Source of the DNA: Psilocybe cubensis
Lineage: Eukaryota
NCBI GenBank assembly: GCA_017499595.2
Contig: CM039000.1
Span: 3,968,001-4,032,000 of the forward strand
Length of the DNA stretch: 64,000 nucleotides
Direction: 5' to 3'
Numbering within the stretch: the stretch's first letter is position 1; every line of letters begins with the position of its first letter. The notes beneath the pieces are model-generated. The model made no database searches. It was not told where the DNA came from and worked only from the letters and a program-made list of their open reading frames with translations. A program made the translations under genes and the position numbers. This document shows, in pieces, positions 1-13,826 of the stretch.

Positions 1-703
1 CAATCGTACACAGATGCGAGTGATTGTGCGGCACATCATTTACAAAGAGAATTTAGATACTGATTAAATTTCTATCAGTTTCGTATACTCAAAGGCAAAA
101 CGTAACGGAATAATGCGCATACATCGGGTCCAAGTTGAACCATCATCATACAAAGATCGCATATAAACAACCTCAAAATATATTCACCTTAGCAGAATTG
201 AGATTAGAAGCTATTCACACAAGCCTAGAGATTGTAACCATGAATCATACCATCTGAATCTTCGCGATCTCTCCGCAATCATATAACTCATGAGCTCCAA
301 TCAAGCCCCCAATCCGACCAGCATTGAAAGAGGGCTGCTCTGAGGGGATTAATGTAAGGTTTTGGAGGTGTTTCAAAGAAAAAGTAGGATCATTGGGTAG
401 ATAAAGGGAAGGAAGAAAGAGAAAAAGTCCAGATCACTCTCGATGGTCGCGACTGGACTCTGATAATCGGAGTTCCAATCTCGCGACGCGCCTCATCACG
501 TGCCTTAATTAGACACGACGCAGCGCGTCGCGATGTTCCAGGCGTGTATATTGATCCGTGGGTTAGAAAACAAACATCAGTCGGTGCGTGAAGATCGATT
601 GCATTGCCACAATGCCTGCAGCGCAGGGTAAATAATAAATTTAAGACGGTAAAAACTACAAATACATTTTAAAACTGATTTCCTGTTAATACACTGCTTC
701 GTC

Positions 704-1901
704 TTACCCTACTGCCTCTACCCTATTCATAGGGATGTGATATGTAAGTCTATCATTGCCACTGGGATGGGTCGATATGGCCATCTCTGCAGCTCTGTAT
801 ACGTAGAAAGTTGTCAAGACAATCAAGAATGTTATGAATACAGCGCTTGCTGTAAATGCACCCCGGGACTGCTGGTCGTCCTCGCTGCTTTGTATCCAAG
901 CTATACAAACAACCGTAATCACGCAGGTCACAGTCCCCCTAATTTATAAGCACGACGATTATTATACACTGCAGGAACCTCGACAGGTACAGTACACACC
1001 ATACCATAGCTGCCACAGGCACTGCCAAGCACGTCCAGAACTCAATGGATTGCATTCGATACGAGCTGTCTTCATGAGAGGCCTATCGGGAGCAAAGCTC
1101 AATCAATAACGGATCCCATCTATCATACGTCTAAGAGCACACCTTTATCCATCTATTCTTGTTTTGGCTAACGATAAACCGATTCCTCATGAATAGAAAT
1201 ATACCACTGCATATTAGCCCAGCTGCTGAAAAGACCGCGGTACAAATCGTGCATGTACGAGCTATAACACAGCTGAGGACACCGTCAATCTGCAGCAAAG
1301 TAATTGAGAGCCTGCGTTGTCGTTGAGACGCACCAGTCAGATTGATTTTATTAATAGACAGATGACTCGGAATTTGACGCACGGTAAAAGCACCGCACAC
1401 CCCAGACGTGCTAGTCTCCATATTGCAACCATCTTTCTGACAACCTTCAGCCATTGGGCGTGATCTGAGTCAAAGTATCCAGTACTCCGCCTCGTGTATT
1501 CACCACTGCCTTTGAAGCACAAGTGGACGTAAAATATGCGATAAATCCCCAACGTGTATGCCATACAGAGGGCGCTAAACAAATATTGTCCGACGCTGAC
1601 TATCCACGTCTCGCGTGTAGCATCTAGGTCCTCACTGTTTTCTCCAAATTTACAATAAGCGTAAATTCAACAATCAAACAGGAAACACTTACGGTGGATA
1701 TGTGTGTGCAATCTGTGTCGATGTTGATGGCATTCCAGACTCCATATCGGACAAAAGAACGGGTTCTCTATGTATTGTAGTGGATTCACTGGCGACAATA
1801 GCCCTCTGAGGGGGAGGTAATTGAATATCTGATGATAAAGGATGGATATCAGTGTAGGCTCTAGTCAATAATGACCTCGGTCGGTGAATGCTCTGTGGCA
1901 T
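704..1901 (-). CDS. Multi-exon hypothetical membrane protein (about 4 TM, basidiomycete family)
   Basis: ORF pieces 1689-1901, 1337-1582, 1131-1454 (part) and 704-931 join via GT-AG introns. Hydrophobic segments include TAVFSAAGLICSGIFLF and AVFITFLIVLTTFYVY. Start uncertain. Confidence 0.55.
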
Positions 1902-2593
1902 TCCATGCGTTCATACACGGTGCTTGCTACCATGCCCATACTGGGCGCTTTTATAGTTCATCTGAGGTGCCTACTCGCAAGATATGCAATCATCTTCCAG
2001 CCAAATCCGGAGAAAATCTAAATGTGTTCTGACAGTAAAAGTAATCCGTATAGCATTGTCAATGGATTGGCATGGTAATCTGCGCTCATAAACAAAACTA
2101 GCAAATTCACTGACAGCTGATCCTGCAGTGGTTTTCTAAGAAGTTCGTGATACAACAGGATACGGACGTCACCTGCGGAATTTGTGACACCATCACGGAT
2201 ATACCGCTGGCCAGTTCAAATATCCATTTACTTTGAAATTAGACGTTTTCCCTACCACTTTCGGATACATCCAATAAAGGTTACACACGAATTCACGCCT
2301 TCTATGACAGTGAGCCAGTAATCTAGTCCATAATTTAGGGAGAAGATGAAGTGATGAGATAGTTTGTACTGGGCACAAACCAATACACCTATAACTTGCC
2401 GTTGCCAGGTAGCACGCCCTCTTTCCTGCTTATGTTTATAAAAAGGAAGTGTTGCTTGCCACATTATTAATATTTTTGGTCGTCCGAATGGGCAATGTCT
2501 TCTGCCTCTACATCGTCATGTTCGCTTTTCAGCCTGTGCTCTGCGTTTCCATCGTCCGCGTAGGCATATTCATACCGTAAGCTTCGTGCATTT

Positions 2594-4344
2594 CTAATTA
2601 CGCTTGGCCCCATTTAGCACGGACTTCTTCAGCTGGTTGACAAGAGCGTCAATATCAACCAGGTGTTCCCCCTCCTTGGTAGTGCCGTTGTGATGACAAA
2701 CATTTCCTTCCCCAGAGACACGTTGAAGCACAGATATCTCTGTACCCCATATTTCTTTGGCTTGCTCAAAGCTTGGGGTCTCTAATATCAAGGGGATATT
2801 TTGGGTCCGTGGGTCATTTAAGATATGAACGAATGAGAGAAGACCAAGATGTCCCCTAACAATTACGTGTCAGCACTAGAATGAAAAGTGGTTCGAGAGA
2901 AACTGACAGTCCGATGTTTTCGTGTCGATCCTTCTTACTGTTGTATTCCGTCTTGGAATCGTTTAGGTGCATTCCGCAAAGGTATTTCAGGCCGATTTGT
3001 TCATCGAACTTTGTTACTATCAAATGCAATGAGCAACATCAACATCATGCGAGGCAGGAAAAGGCTAACAAGTCATACTAGTAATGTTTTCAAAAAAGGG
3101 TGTGCATCAGAGATTCCCACTTGTTCAATATTGGCAAATGCCTCACTTACTTCCAGCCATCTTTCGTTCGAATATCATAACCCTAAATAGAAAGAATGTC
3201 AACTTACAGAAGGGCGGTGTAGGCGATAACCTACCGCAGCGAATGCATGACCTGTGACCCTATAAATATAATAGCATGCGGATTTAAATTTCACTACTCA
3301 CAAGTATCGAGACACACGCCAACCCGCAATTTATCTTTGACAAGCTTGATAATTCCAGCGAGATGACCGAAGTCCGAGCCAATGATATTCCCGGCACCCG
3401 CCTGTCATTCAGTGTTGTTGGCAAAGGTAAACATTGCATTCACATATCCAGTCCACCTACCATGTTTTCTAGGACAACCGTGACTCGGCTTGTTTCTACA
3501 TGTGCGCGATTGATACAATCTGCGATGAGACTGAGTGACGTCTCTACAGACGTTTCCCCAACGGTTGACCCTGGACTAAAGAAAGCTTGAGTCCCAGGTC
3601 GCCGCCGACTTAAGAACCAATACTCACTGAAAATTATATAGCTCAAGGCCAAGAGCTTCGCATCGTTTCAAGTCGTCCAAAAAGCACGCAAATGATTTTT
3701 CCCGTTTCGCGCTAAGTGAGAGAAAGCGCATCAGTGCCACACATTGCTGGCGTCAATGGAGCGCGTACGCGTCGGGGTTTCCAAGATTAATTAGATAACT
3801 TCCGTGAGGTAGCACCATTCTGCTTTCATATCCGAGCTCTTTCATGAGCCTCTTGAATTCGGTTATGGATTCGTTGCTTAGAGGTGGGGATTCCCATTTG
3901 CGCTGCGACTTTAAAAATAGAGCAAACGAGTTTGCACTGGTTTAGGGTGGATGTCAAGCAAGAGACGCATTGTACTGTATACGCCTGATAGAACGCACCC
4001 AATTGAAGCGGCATTGAGGACCGCATTTTCCACACCCCCAGCCGCTGATACATGTGCTCCAACTTTCCACTGACTCTGCGCTCTGGGTAGAAACTCAGAT
4101 TTGTCGACCTCAGGCTTTAACTTTCGTGCTCTTTTAGGTTTTGAGGAACTTGTGGTCTATTATGTCGGTAAGTAGTCCCCGTGTGAGACGATACTGCAAA
4201 ACTGACTTCCTGCGATTCATCCTCAGAGACTTTTGTCCTCTTTTTCCGTGGTTTACATGTAGATCCCGTCGAAGTTTCAACGGTGATAGCTTGAAGTTGA
4301 GATGCCATCGAACTCGCGCGCGTCGATTGCCGAGTGAGAACCAT
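2594..4344 (-). CDS. APN1: AP endonuclease family 2 (Apn1/endonuclease IV), multi-exon
   Basis: Spliced motifs [55 protein letters not shown], with a basic N-terminal extension (KPRKKRTK). 3' end approximate. Confidence 0.9.
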
Positions 4345-4799
4345 TTTCGCTACAGAAGCAAGTCCTAGATTTGTGAATTTTCTGAGCATATAAGTGGCAC
4401 TTGCAGTGGCAGTGGCAGTGGTCCGCTGTATGAACGGAGAACTGTGCACGACGTTCATCGGAGCCTCTATTTGCCATCGGCGATAAAATCAAACAACCTC
4501 GGCACCGTCATTATGAAGGATGATGAAAGAACGCTCAACAACGGCGACGAGCTCCAATCCAATCATCGTTGATAAAAATTGTCCAAACAGATCAACATCT
4601 ACGACTACGGCTTCACATGCCTCCTGGGCTCAGTGAGAGGCTATAATCTCCAAGCCATGCGCTCAGCGATCTTTAGAAGACATTTCTTTCTCAGGGAGAT
4701 AACCTCAATGGCGCTATCAAATTCTCAAATTCACATACTAAGATAGTAGCATGATGGGAAGGGTCATATTCTACATTGCCTCCTTAACCTCAAACGGTC

Positions 4800-7700
4800 A
4801 TGGAGAAACTATCGTCAGACTATCAACATCCAGTCCCGAGAAAACGCGGTTCTAAAGGTCCACGACGTCTTCTAGGGTTTGTTATTGTGGCATGCATTAC
4901 CCAGGGAATATATGTTCTGTCACAGGGACTTTTCGGTACATCGGTATCACATTCTACTCCTTCTCCAGAAGTACAGGCCCACCGCGCTTCGCTGGTCGCC
5001 AAATGCAAGGATATCCACACACCCGCAGGACCACCATCGACATTTAGCACTGCCGAGCGTGTCAAGAGCGGGAGTGATCGCTGGGTTCCAGGTACTCCAC
5101 CCACACTCTTGAAGAACGCGAAGATTTGGACTGGAGCACGCAACGGGACGGAAGTTGTTTTTGGGGATGTCTTGCTCGACAAAGGGGTTATCGTCGCTGT
5201 CGGATACATACCACCAAACTTGTTGGAAACCACCAAGATACAGAACGTTGGCGAGGACATCAGGGTTTTGGACGTCGGTGGGAAATGGATTACACCTGGC
5301 CTGGTTGATTTGCATTCACACATCGGAGTGTACAGCTCACCTGAACTCAGCGGTGCGACGCGTCTTTATTGCTCCGCTATAGAAAACTAATGTTTTATTG
5401 TAGGAGCGTCTGACGGGAATTCCCTCAAGGCTCCTATTCTTCCCTGGCTTCGCAGTATCGACGGTTTGAATACCCACGACGAATCATATCAGCTCGCAAT
5501 GGCGGGTGGTGTGACGACAGCTCAGATTCTTCCTGGAAGCGCAAACAACATCGGTAAGGTCACGAATACTCGCGTCTCTATTGATATTTGACTGTGTGTA
5601 GGAGGACAGGCTTTTGTCATCAAGTTAAGACCGACAGAGGAACGCTCAGCAACGTCCAAAGTTCTGGAACCACCTTTATCGCTCACTCACTCCCCTAATG
5701 GGACCGACTACATCCGATGGAGGCATATGAAGTTTGTCTGAATGTCACGTCGCTTTTTTACTATGTTAATCTATCATCACAGGCATGCCTGCGGCGAAAA
5801 TCCCAACCGGTTATATGGGCAAACCCGAATGGATGGCCAATGGAATTTCAGACACGCCTACGACGAAGCGCGGAAGATTCGTGACGCTCAAGACGCGTTC
5901 TGCGCAAAAGTAGAGGCAAGAGACTGGGCGTCATTATCAGAACAAGAAGACTTCCCAGAAGATCTCCAATGGGAATCTTTGGTAGATGTTCTTAGAGGAA
6001 GAGTTAAGGTATCTACATCTTGCTGACTACAAATTTTGGAGCTGAGTGTCACGGTTCGCTTTGAGCTCTCCATCCACTGTTATGAGGTAACTACATTTTA
6101 CTCGTTTTTGCATCTGAAAATGAATAATTGTTATATACCAGGCAGTTGATCTCGATGGAATTGTTCGTCTTTCAAACGAATTCAAGTTTCCTGTAGCCTC
6201 ATTTCACCACGCTGGTGAAACATACCTCGTTCCAGACCTCCTCAAGAAAACATGGGTACATTATTTCAATATATTTCATTCGGACTTTTTTCATTAGCTA
6301 CTTTAAAGGGAGGAGCACCGTCCATCGCACTCTTTGCAAGCAACTTTAGGTACGATTATTCCCTTTACCTTGGACGACTTTACTGACCCCCAGATTTTCA
6401 ATGCAATTGCAGGAAGAAGCGAGAAGCATATCGAGGCTCCGAATTTGCACCCAGAGTTCTAGCAGGCCATGGAATACCCGTTGTCATGAAAGTTAGTTTT
6501 TCTTTTTCTTTTTACTTCATGTGGTAATTATTACCTACTTACGGAACGTGGTGGAACCTGATAGTCAGATCACCCTGTTGTCAATAGTCGCTATCTTCTT
6601 TTTGAAGCACAGCAGGCCCATTATTACGGGCTCAATCCAGCTCTTGCGCTTGCTTCTGTTACATCTGTTCCTGCCCAAGCTGCAGGGCTCGGTCATCGAG
6701 TCGGCACAATAGCTGAAGGCATGCTAGATTTGTATTCATTGTTTGTCAACCTTTCTCATCCCACTCTTTACAGGTTTCGATGCAGGTAAAGGTTTATGTC
6801 ACCTCATTTTGCAGGCGTCAATAATGTATTCCCTCAAGATATCGTTGTCTGGGATTCGCACCCTTTGTCGTTAGGCGCTACACCGGAACAGGTTTACGTT
6901 GATGGGATCCCACAGATATCTGATCCACAACCTTTATATAAGCCCGCCGCTTTTCAGGACCTCCCCGTGGTACCCAATTGGGATATTGAAGCAAACGAAG
7001 CAGTCAAATGGGAAGGACTTCCTCCCTTACGTGCCTCGCAACTCACAGGAAAGGTTGTCATCTCCGGAATAAACAGTCTAGTAGGGTTCAACGATGGCGG
7101 TATGGAAGATGGCGAACAAATTGAAACCGTGTTCGAGGACGAAGAGGGGTCCGGACGCACCATCGTTGTCGACGGTGGAAAGATCGTCTGCATTCAGCAT
7201 TCCGCCGATGACTGTACTGCTGAAATAAACGACGACGCGGCCAAATACATTGATCTTGAGGGTGGAACCATCGCACCAGGTTTGACCACTTACGGGTCAC
7301 CGCTGGGTTTGGTGGAGATTCAGCTTGAGCCTTCAACAAATGACGGAAATGTACGTGATCCACTGGTTGATGGCGATCCGCCGTCCTTGTTGGCAGGGAA
7401 AGCAGGTGTTATCCGGGCTGTGGATGGACTTGCATTCGAAGGAAGAAATCTCTTGTTAGTATATCTCTCTTCTCCCCAAGCGTTTTACGATGCTGAACCA
7501 TATTACTTTTAGGCTGGCTCATAGAAGCGGTGTTAGCACCTCCGTTACACCTCCCTCTGGAAGTGGCTTCCTAAAAGGTCTTTCTGCTACTTTCAGAACA
7601 GGAGCACAGCACGCGCTTTCCAGGGGTGCTATAATTCAGTCAGAGACCGCGCTTCACATCACTATCAGTTATGCCCTCCCTGTAAGCGTAAGCACGCAGA

Positions 7701-8512
7701 TCTCCGCTTTACGAACCTTGCTCTTCGGGTCAGCCAGGTCGTACGTTGGTCAAGACTCCGAACAGGCTGAGCAGTGGATGCAAGTCCGCAAGGTACGTGC
7801 ACAATTCGCCTATCTATTTACTATGGAGATAAGCTGATCCCAAAATGTCTGAATAGGGCCAAATACCGTTGGTTATATCTGTTGAAAATGCGGATATCAT
7901 AAGTACTCTCCTGAGCCTTAAACGCGATTACGAAGACTTCAGTGGACATCAACTCAAGTTAACAATATCTGGCGGCTCGGAAGCGCATCTCCTGGCCAAA
8001 GAAATCGCCTCTGCTGATGTAAGCGTTATTCTCACCTCGTCTAGACCTTATCCCGGTACTTGGGAAAGCCGAAGAATGTACGTATCTTGCTATGAAAATA
8101 ATTTATATTACTGATTTTACGAAGACTTCCCGGCCCACCTCTCTCGCGCAAGAGCTCGATAACTACGCTGCTGGATGCCGGTGTAAACGTGGCCATTGGA
8201 ACGGTCAACGAATCAGCCGCACGTAACACGAGATTCGAAATAGCTTGGGTGGGTTCTTACTTTGTGTGTGACATCAAACCTCTTTTCCTTATGCTTGTGG
8301 TTTGACAGGCTGCTCTCGAGTCAAATGGTACTATCAGCAAATCTCAAGCAATTGCGCTGGCTTCAACCAATCTTCACAAAGCATTAGGTGTCAGACATCA
8401 TAAATTGTCGATCCCCGACCTAATATTGTATTCCGGAGGAAGTCCCTTTGACTTAGAGAGCAAGGTCACTGGCGTTCTGTCTGCAGAAAGGGGTATCGTC
8501 GAGACTTTTTGA
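4800..8512 (+). CDS. Membrane-anchored amidohydrolase with two tandem amidohydrolase-like domains, multi-exon
   Basis: N-terminal TM (LLGFVIVACITQGIYVL). LLKNAKIWTG and GGKWITPGLVDLHSHIG (HxH), GGVTTAQILPGSAN, ACGENP. A second domain (DLEGGTIAPGLTTYGSPLG) lacks HxH. Confidence 0.85.
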
Positions 8513-8870
8513 TAAGTGTAATCGCGAATTTATTGCACATCTACTGAAGATTGTGTTCCTTTTATCCCTGTATATGTGAAAATACTTTTTATCCGGGGTC
8601 GACGCACAGCAACGTTTACCCAACCCTAAAGCTGTGCCGTGGCATAAGTATATATCAATCAAAATTTTATTTTTGGTACTCAGGGACAATGCAAGTACTT
8701 GGCAGGCACCCAACAACAGCTTTAAAAGGCCGAAATTTAGCATTTCAGGATCCTGGGCCTTTTTGCACCACTACCAGTCAACACCTATCGTTTGGAACGC
8801 TTTGGTGGACCCTTTTTTGCTCTTCAGCTTGTTGACAGACACATTTTAGTACCTCCTAGTTGCATCGGAT

Positions 8871-10522
8871 ATGCACTTCTTGCTCGTCCTGACTGCTGCC
8901 ATTTCTCGTCTATCGCTGATCAGAGGGAGCCCCGTTATGCCCTTGAAAGCTAATGATCCAGGTTTGGATTTACTGAGCTTGCATCTGGACCTTCCTCGAA
9001 ATGAACTCTCCCAACATCAAAATCTCCGCACATTACCGGAAATTATTTGGATGTGTCTTATTACGGTGTTTGCTTGCAGTTGGGTCTCTGTACATCCTAA
9101 CATACCCTCGCCACGAGACTCCGACTTTACCATCTTTCGCCGTCGTATTGGGCTAATGTTCTGGGCAATCATAGCGCCGGAGCTGCTGATGATATGGGCC
9201 ATGCGGCAATGGCTTCAGGCAACAAATTTGGCAAAGCTTTATCAAGGTGTGTTATCGTCATCGTCATCGATTGGATATCTGACACAGTTTCAGAACGTGG
9301 ATGGACAAAGACGCATGGGCACTTTCTTGTAATGGGTGGATTCATGCTATATCGGAACGGAGTCCCAGTACAAACACTATCAATTGAGAAGTTTCACAGG
9401 CACCTCGAAGCCGGTTCCATTGATTTCCCAAATATCACTGAAGAGGACATCCTCGACCGCAGTAAATCAGACTTCCTCCAAAGGACAATCGTCATTGTCC
9501 AAGTGGTGTGGTTTGCTCTTCAATGCATTGCACGACGCGCTCTGGGGCTGACAATAACCGAGCTTGAGGTGGTCACTCTAGCGTTCACGACGTTGAATGG
9601 GGCAATGTTCGCATTTTGGTGGAACAAGCCGCTTGACGTCCGACGACCCTTCCGAATTGATTTCAAACCCGTACCGGTATCTGCGCCTCCAGAACCTCCC
9701 ATAGAGATTACGACAGTGGCTAAAGCCGAGTCAGATTCTCCGCCGACATTGGAGCCTGCTGCACCCGTGAATCGGTATGCACGAATTGCAGATGAAGAGG
9801 ATTGGCTGTATATGACTTTGCTGAGAAAGTCGGAAGCAAAAAGGATGCAATCTTACTCAGACTCGGGTGGCATCCCCCTACGGTCACGGCTGCGGGATCA
9901 AGCTTCCAAGATGGTGTCTTCTTCCAGCAATGTGGTCGTCCAATTTTTCAAATCCATCGTGGACTACGTACAAAAAGAAGGGTTGGTTTCAGCAGTATTT
10001 CATGTCTTTGTTGTCTGGCCTATAGAACGCGTACTCAATGGACTAGGAGATATAGTAGAGTCGGATGACTCGAAAAAGGTTCGCAAAGGCGCTTTGCGAG
10101 TTCCCACTTTCTACGCACCTATGATGGTGCCGGATGCCGTGGCGTGGGTTCGAGCAGGAGCTGCAGCTCTTGGGGTTGTATTCGGAAGTATACATATGGC
10201 CGCCTGGTCAGGAACCTTTCCAAGTCACGGAGAACAGACTACATGGAGGGTTGCCTCGGTGATAATCACAGTGCTGCCTGGTGTCATCTTGCTGGCGAAT
10301 GTAGTAAATTTCTGGCTTGAACGCGACGAGGATAGATGTTGTGGATGCTTTGAAGATTGTGTGGCCTACATAGAGTATGTTGTAGGGGCGGGTGGAATTC
10401 TGGTGTATGTAGCTTCGCGATTCACACTTTTTATCATTGCATTTGCATGCCTGTGGAATATTCCTCTCGATGGGTTACAAAAAGTTGATTGGACGTCGTT
10501 TATTCCCCATATTTCTGTATAG
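8871..10522 (+). CDS. Fungal multi-pass membrane protein of unknown function (one intron near 9247-9293)
   Basis: Family motifs RTLPEIIWMCLITVFACSWVSVHPNIP, IIAPEL, WTKTHGHFLVMGGF, EEDILDRSKSD, WWNKPLDV, FGSIHMAAW, VDWTSFIPHI. Confidence 0.8.
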
Positions 10523-11670
10523 GTCCGGGAAGCTCTACTACTTTGTCCTTTTGGTAAATATCCCAAATCCCGATCCATTTCTCGTACACAGTTAAGCTCC
10601 AACATTGCTGGAATTGGGTGTCAAAATTGTCTCAAAGTCAAAAATGAGCATATAAAATATGATCTTTCGAAAAGAAAAGAGAAATCATCAGTAAAATTAC
10701 AACCCCGCTTTCGGGCACTTTCATCGTTTTCTGAAGTGACGAAAGTGCGAAGAGGCCCCGGGAAGCTCCCCTAGGGACTTGTCCGGATTCTCGCGGATTT
10801 GACGCCAAAAATTTGGCATTTGGCCCTTTGGAATGCGGTCCAGAATCATCAAATATTTTCACTTATATATTTTTAGCTCCAGAATCTTCATGTCAGATGT
10901 TTCCTGTGCTGTCATTCACGGAGAAATTAGTGCTGGTGGACACTGGACTCGTATTTTTGTTGTCCTATAAGCTTCTGATACCACTTTAGAACGACGAGCT
11001 GGAAGTCAAACCGAAGGATCGGCGGGTCTGGCCGTTAGCTGTTTGAGGATTTAATACAGAAATGTCGAAGACAAACACCAACTATTTTTGTCTTCTACGT
11101 ATATTCAAAAACTCATCTCTACCTTCCAAAACGTTTGGAGATTCTTGCAGAAGGGGAAGGCGGTTAAAATGTGCTACACAATGCAGATATTGGACTGAAT
11201 ATCCCAAAGGACAAACAATGATGCGTTCGCCGCTGATAGCAATCGGAGAGTCGGAGGAACGTCAACGTTTATTCACTGGCTCTTTATTTGATTAATTATA
11301 GACAAGCTTGAAGCTATAAACTTTCAGACCACGTCCATCGAGAAGGCACAATGGTTCTAGCCATGGCACTCTGCATCGGTCTATCACACGGACTACTTCG
11401 AATAACAACCATTCTCTCTATATATTTTCAGGTCCCTTTACCCCCACTATCTTCATTTCTAGGCGATATAAATCTAGCCCGCGACTATGAAACCTTTCCA
11501 AAGTTTCAAAAATAGGTCCGCTTGAATGAAGCGGGTGGCGGGTCAACCGGAGGAACAACCTAACCTAGCTTTGGCCTCCAGGATTCTTAGTTGAAATACC
11601 TTCCCCACTGCCCAATGTGCTCTCCAGCCCGCATCCGATAATTGGTAACGGAAGCAGAGTGTGGAAGCAG

Positions 11671-11677
11671 TATATAA
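11671..11677 (+). promoter_or_regulatory. Putative TATA box of the small secreted peptide gene
   Basis: TATATAA about 70 nt upstream of ATG 11742, followed by a CA-rich leader. Confidence 0.45.
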
Positions 11678-11741
11678 CCCACTTTCCACACCCTCAATTG
11701 AACCAGACACCATCACACCCAGCAAACACAAAGAATCGAGA

Positions 11742-12053
11742 ATGGTTTCTTTCCGCACCAACGTCATTGTTTCCATCACCGCAGCGACAATGCTCGCCCT
11801 TGTCCAAATGACCACCGCGTCCCCACTCGTCGTGGAGCGCACACTCACAAACCCAATGGGTCTCGTCTCGCGCCAGACCTGCGAATGCACGTCGCCATCT
11901 GGATGCCCCGGACAATGCGTCGTCAAAGAAGGCGTCTCTATGTGTTCCAACTATTGTGGAACAGGCACCCTCCTCCCTTGTGCTGCTTGTGGCACGGAGC
12001 CGCATGGATGCATCATCAACTTTAGTGATGGCAGTTGCTTCACTGAATTTTAA
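11742..12053 (+). CDS. Small secreted cysteine-rich prepropeptide (103 aa, 10 Cys), intronless
   Basis: Signal peptide MVSFRTNVIVSITAATMLALVQMTTA-SP, propeptide ending LVSR, then a 59-aa region starting with Q and containing 10 Cys. Confidence 0.8.
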   Translation: MVSFRTNVIVSITAATMLALVQMTTASPLVVERTLTNPMGLVSRQTCECTSPSGCPGQCVVKEGVSMCSNYCGTGTLLPCAACGTEPHGCIINFSDGSCFTEF

Positions 12054-13706
12054 ACGCGTCAGGTATGTCCACTGCGCAAGGTCGATACATGACATCGGAC
12101 TTATATGTCAATCTCGTGCAGAGCTATATTTCACGGACAAATTATCAGATGGACAACGTGTATTAGTCGAGTTGTGTATAATAAACGGGACATCGTTGAT
12201 TAGTATGCCAAACTTGATTCATCTGCACATTCGTTTGGAATGTAGCAGAAACTCTTTGCTTAGACCGGCAAGTTGATATGAACTAAAACTCTGCGTCAGG
12301 AACATGTTTACTTTACCTTAAAAAAATCGATTTCAATTTTTTGAGGTCAGAATCACCAAAGTAAGTGGACAAAGTACCAACCCCACGTGGTTCGGCGGTT
12401 TCGATTCAAATTCCAAGTTCCCAAATGTGACAAGCGTAGCAGGACACATAAAAGGATAAGATAACGATTAGCGATTGAAATCAGGAGTCTGGTACTGTAC
12501 AGTCAACTATAGGCTTTAGATTATAAGATGCACAAACAAGTTGACTGCACCCAGTAAGATATCATCAAAGATCTCTGGTTATCTTTGCGTGATTCTCTGA
12601 TTCAATCGCAGGCCGCGCTTTAGCTCTTTTGTTTTTTGACCCACCCACCGCTCCCTTTTCTTCAGCACCTGGTATAGCAGGTTGGATTGGGCTCAGCCTC
12701 GCCTCAATCACTTTGTTACTAACCAGATGCTCTGGTCTTACCCAGCTCTCCTTCAATTTCAGACTTTGCTGAAAGTTTTGGATCTTCAAATGGGGACCAT
12801 CGGGTCTAAACCTCAACGTGCATTGTATCCTCACCGGATAATGCTTCGGCGTGTCTGTCTCTCGACCCAGTCGCGTTGGACGCGTTTCCATCACATGACC
12901 GATCACGCCGATCACGTTGGAGATCCAAACTGACTGGGCAAGCCCAAGGCACCACAGCACAAAATTGTAAAATGTGACGACCGGCATATTCCCGTCGTAT
13001 TGTCACAATCCCTGGCAATATGACGGGAATGTACTTGAAATGTGCACGTTTAGACATTGTAGGACCTTTCCTCAATTTAGACGGCAATGTGCTCAGAATG
13101 TACTCAGAATATACTCAGAATGTATGTAGTTTTGGTCGGAACATTTTACTTGAGGTAAAAATAAATCGAGGGTACAGTCAGGGTCCACTGGCAGTAGCGG
13201 GATATACATTCCTTGGGGTCCCTTCGAGCAGAATACTACGGTTTTGTCCAGTAGAATACAACAGGTTTTATAAAAAATTATAGTGGTAAAGACATATACA
13301 AGTAATAATCTAGAGAGAAAGAGTACAATGTATGCGAACTGCCCGCATTGGCAGTACCGTCTAAAGGCTTCACAACCGTGAACCGATAAACACCCCGCCG
13401 TTAGAATGTCCAACCCAATTCCACCTTGCTTTATACATGAGTGTTAAATTACTTGGTAAGATTCTTTAACACACCTTATGCTTGTGATAGTGTTAAAGTC
13501 GGTTAGGTTAGGGGTTGGTCTGCAAGGTGGCGGTCATACAGATTCATTGAAGTTAATACGCACCAGCTTATACTAATAGTGCCCGCCTACTACCCGCTAA
13601 TTTTTTCCCTACTTCTTGAGATCATAGCATATCTCCGGTTCGCTCGCTGAATCGAAAGAAATGATGAGTGATTGGCGGGGAGATATAATGTGTCATGAGT
13701 AGGTGT

Positions 13707-13826
13707 AATGGCAAGTAGGTGACAATGGCAAGTTAGTGGCAATGGCGAGTAAGTAATAATGGCGAGTAGTGTGGCAATGGCAAGTAGGTAACAATGGCGA
13801 GTAAGTGGCAAGGACGAGTAGGTGAT
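13707..13826. repeat. Degenerate tandem repeat, about 7 x 17 bp (AATGGCRAGTAGGTGRC)
   Basis: Units: aatggcaagtaggtgac, aatggcaagttagtggc, aatggcgagtaagtaat, aatggcgagtagtgtggc, aatggcaagtaggtaac, aatggcgagtaagtggc, aaggacgagtaggtgat. Confidence 0.75.

Noticed and set aside
1-330. Possible 5' end of a minus-strand gene at the window edge
   Set aside because: Only short putative exons and no recognisable product.
13500-13518. ggttaggttaggggttgg, telomere-like
   Set aside because: Only one true TTAGGG unit; too short for an interstitial telomere.
13707-13826. Repeat array considered as CRISPR-like
   Set aside because: Units are contiguous with no unique spacers, the context is eukaryotic and there are no cas genes.
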